Assembly (NCBI GenBank): GCA_965637545.1
Contig: OZ281494.1
Location: forward strand, 3,348,001 to 3,412,000
Reading direction: 5' to 3'
DNA from: Phallusia mammillata
Taxonomy: Eukaryota
Length of the DNA: 64,000 bases
Part shown: positions 12,112 through 24,400 of the stretch, one piece after another
Numbering within the stretch: position 1 is the stretch's first letter
How the letters are laid out: every line of letters starts with the position of its first letter
Translations under genes and position numbers: made by a program
The notes under the pieces: generated by a model
Told to the model about the DNA's origin: nothing
Database searches by the model: none
What the model saw: the letters and a program-made list of their open reading frames with translations, nothing else

Positions 12112-15100
12112 TTGTATCGTAAATACTCCTTGGTAAATTGAATTTCATGCCCAATGTGGTTGTTTTATAGGCCCGTTACGACTATGATTTAAAGCGACAC
12201 ACTTTTACACATTCTACAAATTTGAAAACTGACAACTGAACTTGGGGGATTTCTTGTAGTGACCGAAGCGAATCTTGCCATTGTCTACTTTGAGTATAAA
12301 ATCAGAAATACATTTTTCGGGTTAGGGTACGCAATTAACTTTTAAATAATCAGACTTGAATCGGGCCTTACTTTGCAATCGAAGTTTGCATAGTAATTTG
12401 ATCTTAAGAAATCGAATTTCGGACCCATATTGCCCGCTGACACTTTCACACGTTCTACAGATGTAAACGCTGTGTGGTTTTAGCAAACAGGTTTTTAATA
12501 CCACAGCTGTCGCATCAAAGAATGTCGTTTCCATATTTCGCCTTAGGTTAATTCCACTTCAAAATAACACCTGGAAATTATAAACATCATGACATATGCG
12601 TAATATCTACGTACCTTTTTGGCTTACAGCAGCATCCGTAACTATACTGTAGCCCGCATCCGGTTTCAGATTCTCTGCAAATCTGTTCGCTTGACGTCAA
12701 AACCATTTTCCCACGGTACCAAAATATTTTTATTTTTACAAATTGTTTATTTCGCTTAGTTATCTGTTAACAGCAGTTTCATACCCAACATTTATCAATT
12801 AACTATTTGAAAAATAAGGAAAGGAAAGTTAGATTTAAGACAGTTTTGTATTGTCAAATTAATCAACAAAACGCAATAATAAATATATATATTTATATAT
12901 TGTGTATTATCACAATCAGTTTTGTAACAAAACTGTTAAAATATTTGAAAAGCGAAACTGTTTGCAAATAAATGTACATTACAATATATGTATGACTGAT
13001 CTAACTTTACCAGTGTAAATCCTGTTGTGTATAAATCCCGCTGTACGTGATACAGATAAAGGATCCTATCAATGGCATTACTGGCTCCTTAATTAAACGC
13101 AGCTGCAACGACTTAATGAGCACAAACATATACCGTTGTAAAGTTAATAAAACAAATGTCGGGTAATTACTGTAGTTTTATGAGCCACGTGGTTCATAAA
13201 AAACTGCGTTCGGACGTCAGCAGCTTTTTATTGTCCCAATTGCAAGGTAAATAATTAAATTTTCACTCCGACTCGCCACAGCATAAAGCGTTTCCGTTTT
13301 TAACTGCACCTTATGTTCAAGCCAGTGGTATTGTCATAACGGAAGTTTGAAGTTACATGCATGTTTGACATTTTGTTGCAATATTGAATGCAAATTTATA
13401 TCTATATATGCTAACGTTGAAAAAATGGAACCTACAACAGAATTTGTTTTATCAATTTAATTCCAAATACATTAAAAATTAGGTCACCCCAACAACGAAA
13501 TTTATACCACACGTGTTATAACGTAAAGATACTTATTCATTGTCGCTATCTATTGACCAGATAACGTGTCGTAATAATAATCTTTTTTTGAATAAAAATC
13601 TGCATTAGAAGTGATACGAGTTAACGAAGAGGTAAACGTTGTTTAATCAGAACTAACCTACAGCATAATGTCCCTTGGTTTGATCCTGTTATATTAAGCA
13701 CATGTTTGTTACGTAAACCCACTAAACAAGTGCCTAGCCTTTTGACAGATGTTACTATACAATAATTCACGTTTTTACATATAAATCCATAATAAGTATG
13801 AGGTAACGAATAGCTTAAGTGGCTTGTTTGCTTGGTTCACCTATAGTATAGGTCCTATACTGAACAAGATTTATCACTTAAACATACTGAACAGGTGCCT
13901 GACCTCTTGACAAACGTAACCGTATAATAATCCACGTTTTTGCATGTAAACCAACATTACAACTGTGAAGTAACAAACGACAGTTCACTTGAGTTCTGTT
14001 CGACTCCGCAAAAGAGGAAATTTCAAAACCACAAGCGTGTCATAAAACTAAATCTAATCTCTACGACTACAAGCATTACAAAGGTGCGCTGTGATAATCT
14101 CACACTTACATGAACCTGCTCGTTTGCTATGCTGCCAGACACACGCAAAGCGCTGCGTTTATAAATAGACGCTCGCCTTTTTTCACACACGAAGCTGCGA
14201 ATGTTCACAACAAGCTAAAAACGTCACAAATGAATCTGGTATTTTGGGGCGGGAATCTTTTTCGTGCAGTTAGCGCCGTTGAAAATGGTCGTGACCTCAA
14301 GAAAACATCAACAAGGGTCTAAAATCTGTTTATTTGTGAAGGTTTAATCATGATACGTGATGCCTTCAACTTGAGTGGACGAATATTATTTTCCCCGGAG
14401 GCAAGTGTACAGGTCAACTATGTTTGTTTTATTACGGCCACGTGCATTGAATCATATCCGCAAATTATGAAAAACAGACAGTGAGATATCAAATGACAAT
14501 CAATTGTGACTACCTCTGACGTATTCGGAACACCAGGTTGTAAAATATTGGTGTGAAGTTGAAGATTACTAATATGTAACTAATTAGATGAATCAGTTGT
14601 ATTGGTCCCCAGCACAACATTTTAGCTATAGTGCGTTTGGTTTTGAATACAAACCAAATCATTTTCACCCCAGAACCACATAATGTTCACAATGAACTTT
14701 GAAAAACCGTGAAATACGAGCCCACGGTTGTTCCAATGACTGCTTTTATTTATAAGTCTGAAAAACTTAATTGTAACTTTAGTCCAACAATTTGAACTGC
14801 AAGAATTTCTGCGACCAATTAAGATAATTTTCACATGCGAGGCACAGATTAGAATTGGGTTTGAGGCAAAGTAGCTGTTCCCGCTACACCTGCCGGCGGA
14901 ACCAAACAAGCAAGAAAATGACCAGTGCTACTACTGCTAAGCTGTTGCTCAACCGGGATTAAAAGTTCATTAAGGTGTAGAAAAATAGAGAAGACATAGG
15001 TAACACTATTTCAAGGTTCCTGCGTAATTATAGCACTAACAAGCCTTGCATAATATCACAAACTCATAAGTTCTACAAACATGTTTCAATTAAATAATCG

Positions 15101-17413
15101 AACTGAAATTTGATCCACATTAGGATACAGATATCGGTTAAATTATCAGTTTCGGATTACTAAACCCGTTATCAGATGTATTTAAACTTGTAAAGTGAGG
15201 GTTCCTCGTTTCACCTGTCGCATTTTGCACCTTTACGCACCTGGGAAATTTTTTTTGACTGAAATTACGGTTTCAGGTTCTACATCTGAATCACTAATGT
15301 AAAAAGTGAGACGGTTGTGAAAAATAGAAAAAGCCAAAAATCGTGGCAATCAAATACTTAAATCATTAGCTTCTTTTAGTTTAATGGTCCTCAGCTTTCT
15401 AGGAGGCCTTAAGTTTGATTTGTTCTCAAACATTTTTTTTTAAATTTAACACGTTGCAACACAATTGCTTTAAATCCCTGGGTAATTGGTGTTCCGGTTT
15501 GTGGAACCCTTTGTGGAAACCGAGGTCTGTGAGTTCGTTCTAAAAAATCCAGAATGCTTAAAAGGCAAAACATATTCATTTTAAACTTTGTTTGTCAAGG
15601 AACGTTTAGGTAAATTTGACCGTTACTGCAAAAAGTTCGCGAACCTCTCGTTCAGTTACCATAACAAACGTAACATACATCGCAGCTCGTATTAGGATAT
15701 CGTTACCGGAAAGGCGTATGTATATTAGGAACATGTTTAGTGCATAAAATTTCCGAGATATGTGACGTCACGGTATTTTGCAATCACATTTTGGCGCAAG
15801 CATCATGACATCATTTTCATGTTCGTTTGTGTCGGCGTCCTTTGATTTTCGCACGCCAGGAAAGTGGTTCGTGTCAGAAATTGCGATTCGGTCTCATGCT
15901 TGGTGCTAAATTTTAAGTTATAATGGGAAACGTTGGTCGTTGTGTCTGAAGACATTTGTCAAAATCGACCGTACAAGTCTTTACTTTGAACAAACAGATT
16001 GTCATTTACAAAGCACTTTTAATGAGGCCTCTATATTTGTACGTGCTATTTTCGATGGAACAAACTTTTCTCTAGAATAAAGATAGCTTAGAAATTGATA
16101 TGTGTTTGCAAACTCTTTTTTCCCACTAAAATCACAGCACAACGAAAATGTTTTAGGCTCTATTAAACAAGATAAAACAGTTTTGTTTCTACTTCTATGT
16201 ACTTTTACCGTAGTATATCATTTTAAACTTGTAAGTTAGGCTAAACGAAAAGTAAATTTAGTTTTCTAATCTGATTATAAACAATAGAAAACATGGCACA
16301 ACTAATTTAAATCAGCCCCAATACATGTATTGATCATTCTTGATACTAGTCATGAAATTGTAGCGAGACACTTCTAATCAAGGGTGTTCAACACTGGGCC
16401 TGGGGTCTAAATTTATGTTTTCATTATTTTAAAATAACCCTCTCAGGGTGATTAAAATTGTTGTTTCGAAATAGAAACGGAATATGGAATTAATTTTTTA
16501 CATGATATGATACCAGCAATAAATAGAAAACGGTGTTTCTCAAATATACGCCAACAATTTCGGGCAACAACCATGTTTAGTTTGTGTATCACTGTTCACA
16601 GAAAGCGGCCGTTTTATTAATATTGAGTTTGACTTGGGGTTATATGGAGTGTAACTTGTTTACGCAAGACCTGCTATACTAAACACTTATTACCCATCCA
16701 CTGAAGCTACAAAATCTAAACGTCTGTTGTTCGACATTCATAATGCATAAGTCCTAATGAGAAAAGCACTGAAGGAGCGGAGAGTTTAAATCACAAACGC
16801 GTGTCTTTTACTGATAAGTCCCAAACAGCTCGATTGCAGATCGGATTAAAATTTTACTTCGAGCATTAGGTCAAGTTAATTCGATGATTTTTGTTGTTGA
16901 CAATCAAGCAGTTGCAAAGCAGACCAGTTTCAACAATTGTCTTCGGCGTTAGTGAGTATTGCAACTGCCATGTGAATTTTAAATCAAATACTTTTTGAGA
17001 ATAGATGACTAGTGGCTTCTGTTTAGAAGTTTAAGAAGTATTTGCGCAATTGTAAAACTTATTAAACCAAAATTCATTAATTCACTAAAGTAATATGATT
17101 TAATATAACAATATGACTCGGAAATAGCCAGCGCCTATTGGTGTTTCCAACAATTCAGATACTTTCCAACATTTGGCAAATTTACATTTTCATAAAGCTG
17201 GGAGGTTGTTGCCAATTACCCATTTCTCTTCACCAAGCGCTATTATTTACTACGGGCGTCGACAACACCTTGAACACCGCGTGTCAATTTACTTGTGATG
17301 TCAAAGTGTTGTAAGGTTCGCGTGCCAACAATTTTGTGCGTAATGGTGCTTTGTTTTTTGATTAAAAAGAATACCATGGAAAGCAGAGAGATTCGTACTT
17401 ATGTGTTTTAAAC

Positions 17414-17898
17414 CAGTGCTCTTCAACCGGTGTGCACGGTGCACCCTAGGGTGCACCAAAATATGCATGGGGTGCACCAGTACGAAGGGGTATACAAGGG
17501 TGCATCACAAACTTTTAATGAACCATTAATATTTGACTGCCAGGATATTAGAAAAAAGATGTATGTTTCAAATGATGTGAGCCAAGGTAAACTTTTTTAA
17601 TGTTTTATCCCCGTGTCCAAGTTTGATAGTGTCTGCGTTACAGTCGGGTTATATTAGGACATCGAGTTTAAGCTTTTTCTCCTGTGTTTTACAGAAAATT
17701 CGCGAACATATGCTTGGAGTATTGGTAGCAATTCAAGCAATTTTTGCGAGCTCTGCTCGGTTTGATTGACATGATGATACGCATAATGATTTTTAATATC
17801 GCTTTTATCTCAGTTAACCTTTTTAAGTAAACAGGGTGCATGAGTTCGTCACAACAACTTTAAGGCTTCACCAAGCCAAAAAAGGTTGAAGAGCACTG
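17414..17898. mobile_element. hAT-type MITE (485 bp)
   Basis: TIRs cagtgctcttcaacc / ggttgaagagcactg with a perfect 8-bp TSD ttttaaac (17406-17413, 17899-17906). Confidence 0.92.
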
Positions 17899-18237
17899 TT
17901 TTAAACAACAATAAAATCATGGCAAAATAAATACAACTCATCCAACAGTAAAAATTTAAATTGACAAGTACTTAAACATGAACTAGCAAATCGTTAGCGT
18001 GCCTTGCCGACTCCTGCGTTGTTGTGTTGCTAACCACGCACAACCGATCCTATGGAAAAGCGAAATTTTATTACTTAGAATACTGACTGTGTTTTAAAGA
18101 ACCTTAGTTTTTGGGTGTCACTTATAGTTTACAAAGTTAAACTTTGCCTAAGAGCAACTAATGTTTGAAAATTTGCATGGCCAAGCACGTCCACGTAATA
18201 AACAATGAGACAAGATTGGCAAGCCAATATACTCAAC

Positions 18238-18390
18238 CAGTGTTTTTTTAAGGTGTTTTGTTTTTTCTCCAGCGGTTTCCCAAAATTCCCGTTTAAGCAA
18301 ATATGGCTATTTTTTGGTATTTAAATGAAACACTTGCGGCCTCTTAAAACCACTTAGCGGTTACCCAAACCAAACCTTAAAAAAACCCTG
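18238..18390. mobile_element. hAT-type MITE (153 bp), about 100 bp downstream of the SLCO-B stop codon
   Basis: TIRs cagtgtttttttaagg / ccttaaaaaaaccctg with a perfect 8-bp TSD tactcaac (18230-18237, 18391-18398). Confidence 0.88.
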
Positions 18391-18492
18391 TACTCAACTA
18401 TACTTAACACAAAAACATGGCTTAGCTTTATCTTTTTCGAAAAAAAAATGTTCTTTGAATTCTCGCTGGAAAATTCAATGTTCAGATTGGAT

Positions 18493-21400
18493 TCAACTGT
18501 CGAGAGTCGGTGAGGTTTCTGCTGAGTCAGCAGAATTTGGTTTTGATTTTGGAGGTTTGTAAAACAGATGGTCGAACCCGTAACAAGTAAGAGTGATAAT
18601 CTGAAGGAAAAATAAACAAAATTAATTTCAGTGGGTGTAATTATTGGTTAGGTAGGGTTTGAGAACATAATTCCCGATAAAAAATGTCCAGGTCTTGAAA
18701 AATTCAAACAAATCAACCAAATTTTTAAATGTATTTCGCCCTGTTGCCCGAAACTAAAATAACAAACGAAACATACGAAACATCATACGAAACAAACAGG
18801 AAGGTGGTAAACTTGCTAAATCTTGTGAATATGTGAGTACACAAATATTTTAATATGGGATAAATGCAGTGGAACCTTACTTAAAAATATACTACACTAA
18901 TAAACGTAAAAAATATACTACACTAATAAACGTAAAAAATATACTACACTAATAAAAATCTTATACTCCTGAATAAAATATATGCGTGTAAAGTAAACTT
19001 GCCTTGCAGCCCAATAGAATTAGAAAAAGATACAAAGACATTTGGTTGGAGGAGTAGAGCCGACAAGAAGCTGTTTTCCCCATTTTCGTGCTCCATACGA
19101 TACAAGAATAATCAAGAACTCTGCCAACGATTATTGGGAATGGAAAACCAATGCAACGATTGAACACCCACTGAAGAAAAAAAAAATGTAGTCATTTAGC
19201 AATAAGTTTCATTGCAAAACACTGCAATGTAAAATTACAAATAAAAATTAATTTTACAAATATAGTTTAGTAAGTTGCAATAAACGTTTCTAGCGTTTCG
19301 TTCGATTGCAAACAAAGCCTACAATAGTTTATTATGGTAATAAAAGTAGTAAGTATATCAAAAGCATAAATCAGCCGTCATGAGCCATTATCAAAACGAC
19401 TGAAAACAGCATGGTACTTTTTACCTATTGCTAGTATATTCTTGTTAGACTTTGAAAACGTGTTCAGTATTTAAAAATAAAACAGTCTTATACTAAACAA
19501 GTAATACTGAAAGCGCGACAACGATGCTTGTAGGAAACAACATTTTTGAAAACGTTTTTGCAATACTTATAATGTTCTACAAAACGTTTGTTTAGTAATA
19601 GTTTATAGAAATCATACACGAACCTGGAAACCCACAGCTACTGATCTTTGATTGAACGGCACGACTCTTAAAATAATCTGCAAAATATCTCTATTATATA
19701 ACGACCTTAACTTTGTACGTGCAATGTCACACAAACTACATAAAGTCAATCAATAACGTTCCAGTTACCTGTAATGTTGGTGTTAAGCTCATTAATGTGA
19801 ACAACATCAGAACGAAGAACGTGCAGAGGAATATTGGGAGGCCATTACATTGTTTACCACCACATTTTCCCTTTCTAGACGTAGCGAACTGATTAGTTGT
19901 TGATAAAATGCAAGAACAGTCTGTGTACGTCTGCAGATTAAAGAATAAGTTGTCATTTATTGAACAGAAGCAATTGATATTTATGTCGTGGAAGTATTAT
20001 AAACATTTTTAAAATTGAAAACAAAACGGAACAATTTTTTTTACGCATTGTGTCGTGTTATTGTTAAGTTCAAAGAACAGTAGAAATACCAATGTGCATA
20101 AAAAAGCTGCCGGACTTGACTATAAAAAATGCTTTATAATAAAGTATTATAATATTACATATAATAATATTATAAACAATATTATACTATAAAATACTAT
20201 TATAATAAAGTGCTTTTCCGTTGATTTTTTTCAATATGGCTTGGAGCTTTTCGAAAAAAAAATGAAAGAAAACGTTAATTAAAATTGTTCTGTACCCTGA
20301 CATTTTAGTAACTGCAATTTAAACTTCTACTGCCACAATAACAAAATATTTGTAAAACGAAAACATGTTACCGAGCAAAGTGATAAACTTTAGAAACGCA
20401 TTCAAAAAACGAATCTTATCAACCAATTTAAATTGCCTTTTCGATTATTATTGTTTAATATTTAAAGCCAGCGGAACTAAGTTGTCTATTTAAACGATGT
20501 TGACCTTGTTTAACAGTTGTCAAAAGACAGTCGACAAGTATTCTCACCTGGTTTAGACTTCCTGTGCAGCCTGCAAAACAAGGTGAAAAATATGTGACAG
20601 AATTTTCCCCACACACTGGACTGTAGTGGTCGGTTGTACAGTGGCAAAGAGAATTGCAAGTAGAAGAAAAATCATGCGATGAAACAATAGATTGCTCTGG
20701 GTAAAAAACGGTTGCTCCTGCGAAATCTGCAAAACCATGGGTCGCGTTACAGAGGCATAGCATACGTAACTGAACAATACAAATGCCTAATAAAAAATAA
20801 AATTGAATAGTCCAAAATTATTCCCTCAAAACTTTTACATTCCGGTCGCCTAAGTCAAGCCACTAACACAACTGTTTACATCGGAAACGTTTACCAATTA
20901 CCGCTAATGGATGCAATGAGTCCTGGCGCGAATAGGTTTGAAAGAGATGTGGTGACTAAGTTATAAGTTTGTTTGATTTATACACCTCACACTAATCCAA
21001 TTAGCCCAAAACATGAGCGTTTTTTTCCCAGAAATTTGTGTAAAGCGTCATTGCTCTTTGCGCCACCAATCGGTATTTCGCAACTTGTCTTCTGAAGCCG
21101 AAAATTCAAACAAACGTAAGAACTCGCATTGCACAAAGTTTGCTATGTACCGATTAGTGGCGCAAAGAGCATTTGCAAATATTGTAAACCAAATTGTATC
21201 AGAATGCTGATGGTAAGGGCTATTCCAGTATGGGTAGGGTTTGGTAATAAAAATAACTACAAAACCATCTTACAAAACTTTGCTGCCAACGATAAATTTA
21301 GTTCCTTACCCTATCCCAGCCCAACTGAAAATTTAAACAACTGTGCTCTTTACCTCATCTTTTGGGATTTATAATAATAATATCAATAAAACCAACTTAT

Positions 21401-24400
21401 AAACTTGGTCCCTAACCCTATCCTAGTTTTTTTTTAGTTTTTTTATTATTTCTATTTTTTTCACGGGGTTCGAACCCAGGACACTCCCGGGGACGAATCC
21501 CGATCAAGGTTTTTTCTGTCTGTATATGGGTCAGGCGCGCTAGACCATTCGGCCAAGTTCTCACTGTGAAGTCAAATAACTGTGCTTTTTACGCCATCTA
21601 CCGGTATGTGGCAAACTTTGTTTGTGGGAGCCCTTATGTTAGTAATTTAACCTATGTAGGCACCAAAAGATACGAAAACAAAAATTCGGCAACCGTTTTT
21701 TGGTCTGTGGACCGTTTAAAAACTGAAACGTTATCGCGGGCCGGCCTTCAAACAACAACAATTGTTCAGCAATCAAATTTTATCACAGCTTATATTAGTT
21801 ATATCTTTGGATTCGGCAATACAGCCGTACAAAAATGTTTCAAAGCATTTACAACCCCGTAACTTACTGAAACCCCTCCATCCCTGGCACCTCGGATAGG
21901 TTTTAGTCACAACGTTGCTTACCTGCGGTGGGACATCGTATCAAAAACCCAAAGCTGCATACTAGGGCAATTAGAGTATTAAGGAAACAAAACTTGATCA
22001 TTCCTCGAACTCGTAGACGAGCTTTGGTCACAACAACTCCGCCTGTGATTAAACCAGCAGTTGATCCAATGATTGACACGAATGCTGAAAAACATAACAC
22101 ACTGCAATTCACAAAATATATCGAGTTAAGACATAGATGAATAGTAGGGATCAGCCCTGAAGCGTTCATGCAGACCAGCGATCACGGCACACTCATATAG
22201 AAATCAAAGTACGTCAGGCCGATTGAAGGCGTTATACCGAATCAGTCGGTCACCAAGCATTCACCATACGTAGCTCAGTTGGAAGAGGGCAAGTCCCACT
22301 GCTGGCTAGATTTTTCTAGCTTGGGCCTTGCAATATGGTGAATGTTTGACCGGTTGAATCGGTAGAACGCCTTCAAAGGACCTGGCATACTATGGAAAAT
22401 ATATCGAGAAAATGTTTTGGCAATGATGGGGCAACAACTGTACACGGTCAGAATAAAAAAAAATTAAACTTTCAACATATGTTAAGACAAATTGCCCGAC
22501 ATAAATTTGTCCGATTATGTTTTGCAAATTTCAGGAAAAAAACAGTAAATGTTAATTCATTTTGGTTTGTTTGCTTTTTGGAAAAAAATCGGATAGACGA
22601 AACAAAATGTAATGATCAACATATATGTAACTTAGCTAAAACAAAAACGTACAGCCATAGTGGGTAAAGGTTAGAATCAACTCGACCCTAAATCGGAGTG
22701 GATTAATTTTTAATAAAAGTTGAATTAAATTAATCGACCTAATTCTATTCAAATATTTTGTAATTTTTATGAATAATATACAATGAATGTCAGTTTATTT
22801 TTGTTTTTTAAATTTTGGTAACTGCGTTGACTCAAGTGCGTTAAAAAGGTTTTTCAACAAGTGTGAAAAAAGTCCTGACTTTATTACAATCCATAGATTT
22901 GCCCTGTTCAAATATACACTGACTTACCTATCACAATTGAGGCTTGCGTAGCTGTCAATCCGTACATGGTTTCCAGGTATTTTGGCACATAAGCTGAAAA
23001 CCCAACGATCAATCCATAATCGAAAGCATAAGCAAGTGCACTGAAGATTAGAGGCGCATTCCGCAATAAATTCGAGTTCGTTAAAATCAGATCTTTGATG
23101 CCTCTAAACATGAACGATCTAGTGTTGTTTTTACGTTATAGTAGGGAAAAAATATTTATAAGCTTGGTTCTCAACTGGGTGTTTCCTCAAATGCTCTATT
23201 TGTTCATGCGTAACCGAATCGCACATCACGTTACGTGCCCTTTTCTATTTTTAACTTGTCTTCTCTCGTTTTGGTGTCAGCTGTTCGATATGTGGCCCGG
23301 AAAGATTCCCGTCGGGGGTTCGAATCCAACAGCAGGCTAGAGTTTTTTAGGCTACGCCTTTTCATATGAGATAGTTTGGTTACTGGCTGATTCGGTACAG
23401 TCCTTAAATGGGCCTAGCCGCCTAGCGTAATATGATGACATAAATGGAGGACGGATTTAAGTCGTAAGATTTTAACAGTAACATGGCCAGCAGTTATATA
23501 AGTTACCAATAAAATTTACTCAAAACAACCCAATAAAACTAACTTTTTGTGGTGGTTGTCAGAGTGAAGATTTTCTGCCGAACGTTGTACTTCAGTTTCT
23601 CTCGCTAAAGTGTCGCCATCTAGACGTCCAGGCATCTTCTTTGGGAGCATCAGGAGTGGAACTGGAAAACGAAAAATAGGTTTAATACCTGCACTCTTAA
23701 ACTTCTCCCCGAAAATGGTGGTTGATCCTTACAACAGACGATGAGGCGTATTTGGTTTACTAAATTTTATAAACGTGCTGGTCTAACTCTATTACATGTG
23801 GAATTACAAATGACTTTGCTATAATGATATCAGCAGATGAAGAGAAATATGGTGGTTTTAAATTTTTTTTTTATCATTGATTGAATTGAAACAAGCTATT
23901 TTAAGTATAATGGTGAAAATAACGGCCCAAATAGACGTAAAAAGCGACATGCTTTATTGTTCAAACATTTCGGCAAATGCTCATTCTGCGCACCTTTTTA
24001 TCTATCGTTTTTTTGCGACGCTTGTTTCGCACCTTTTTATCATTCCTTTTTGTGACTAAAGTGTATATAAACGAGTGTAACTGATGTGGCCTTCATATCA
24101 CTGATGATGGCATGAGCATTTGCCGAAACGTTTAAACAATAAAGCATGTCGCTTTTTACGTCTATTTGGGCCGTTATTGTCACCATTAAACTCATGAACA
24201 GATCCGTATATAGTGTTCCAAGGCTATTTTACATTTATGAATAAATTTAACAAAAGCAGCCGAGCAAGGTTGCCAACCCAAACTTAATCACTACATGTGA
24301 CGGGTACAAGTTTTGGTGTTAATCACTTCATTTTATCATGTACAATTCTCGTAGTTTACCTGCAGATATGAAAAGCAATACAGAAGCGATGATCATTCCC

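Noticed and set aside
13700-13960. Degenerate direct repeat of about 70 bp
   Set aside because: Identity is low and there is no terminal structure; it is probably an old local duplication with no interpretable function.
14380-14960. Hydrophobic or coding-like patches, including the 95-aa ORF at 14622-14909
   Set aside because: There are multiple stops in every candidate frame, no consistent splice sites and no family motif.
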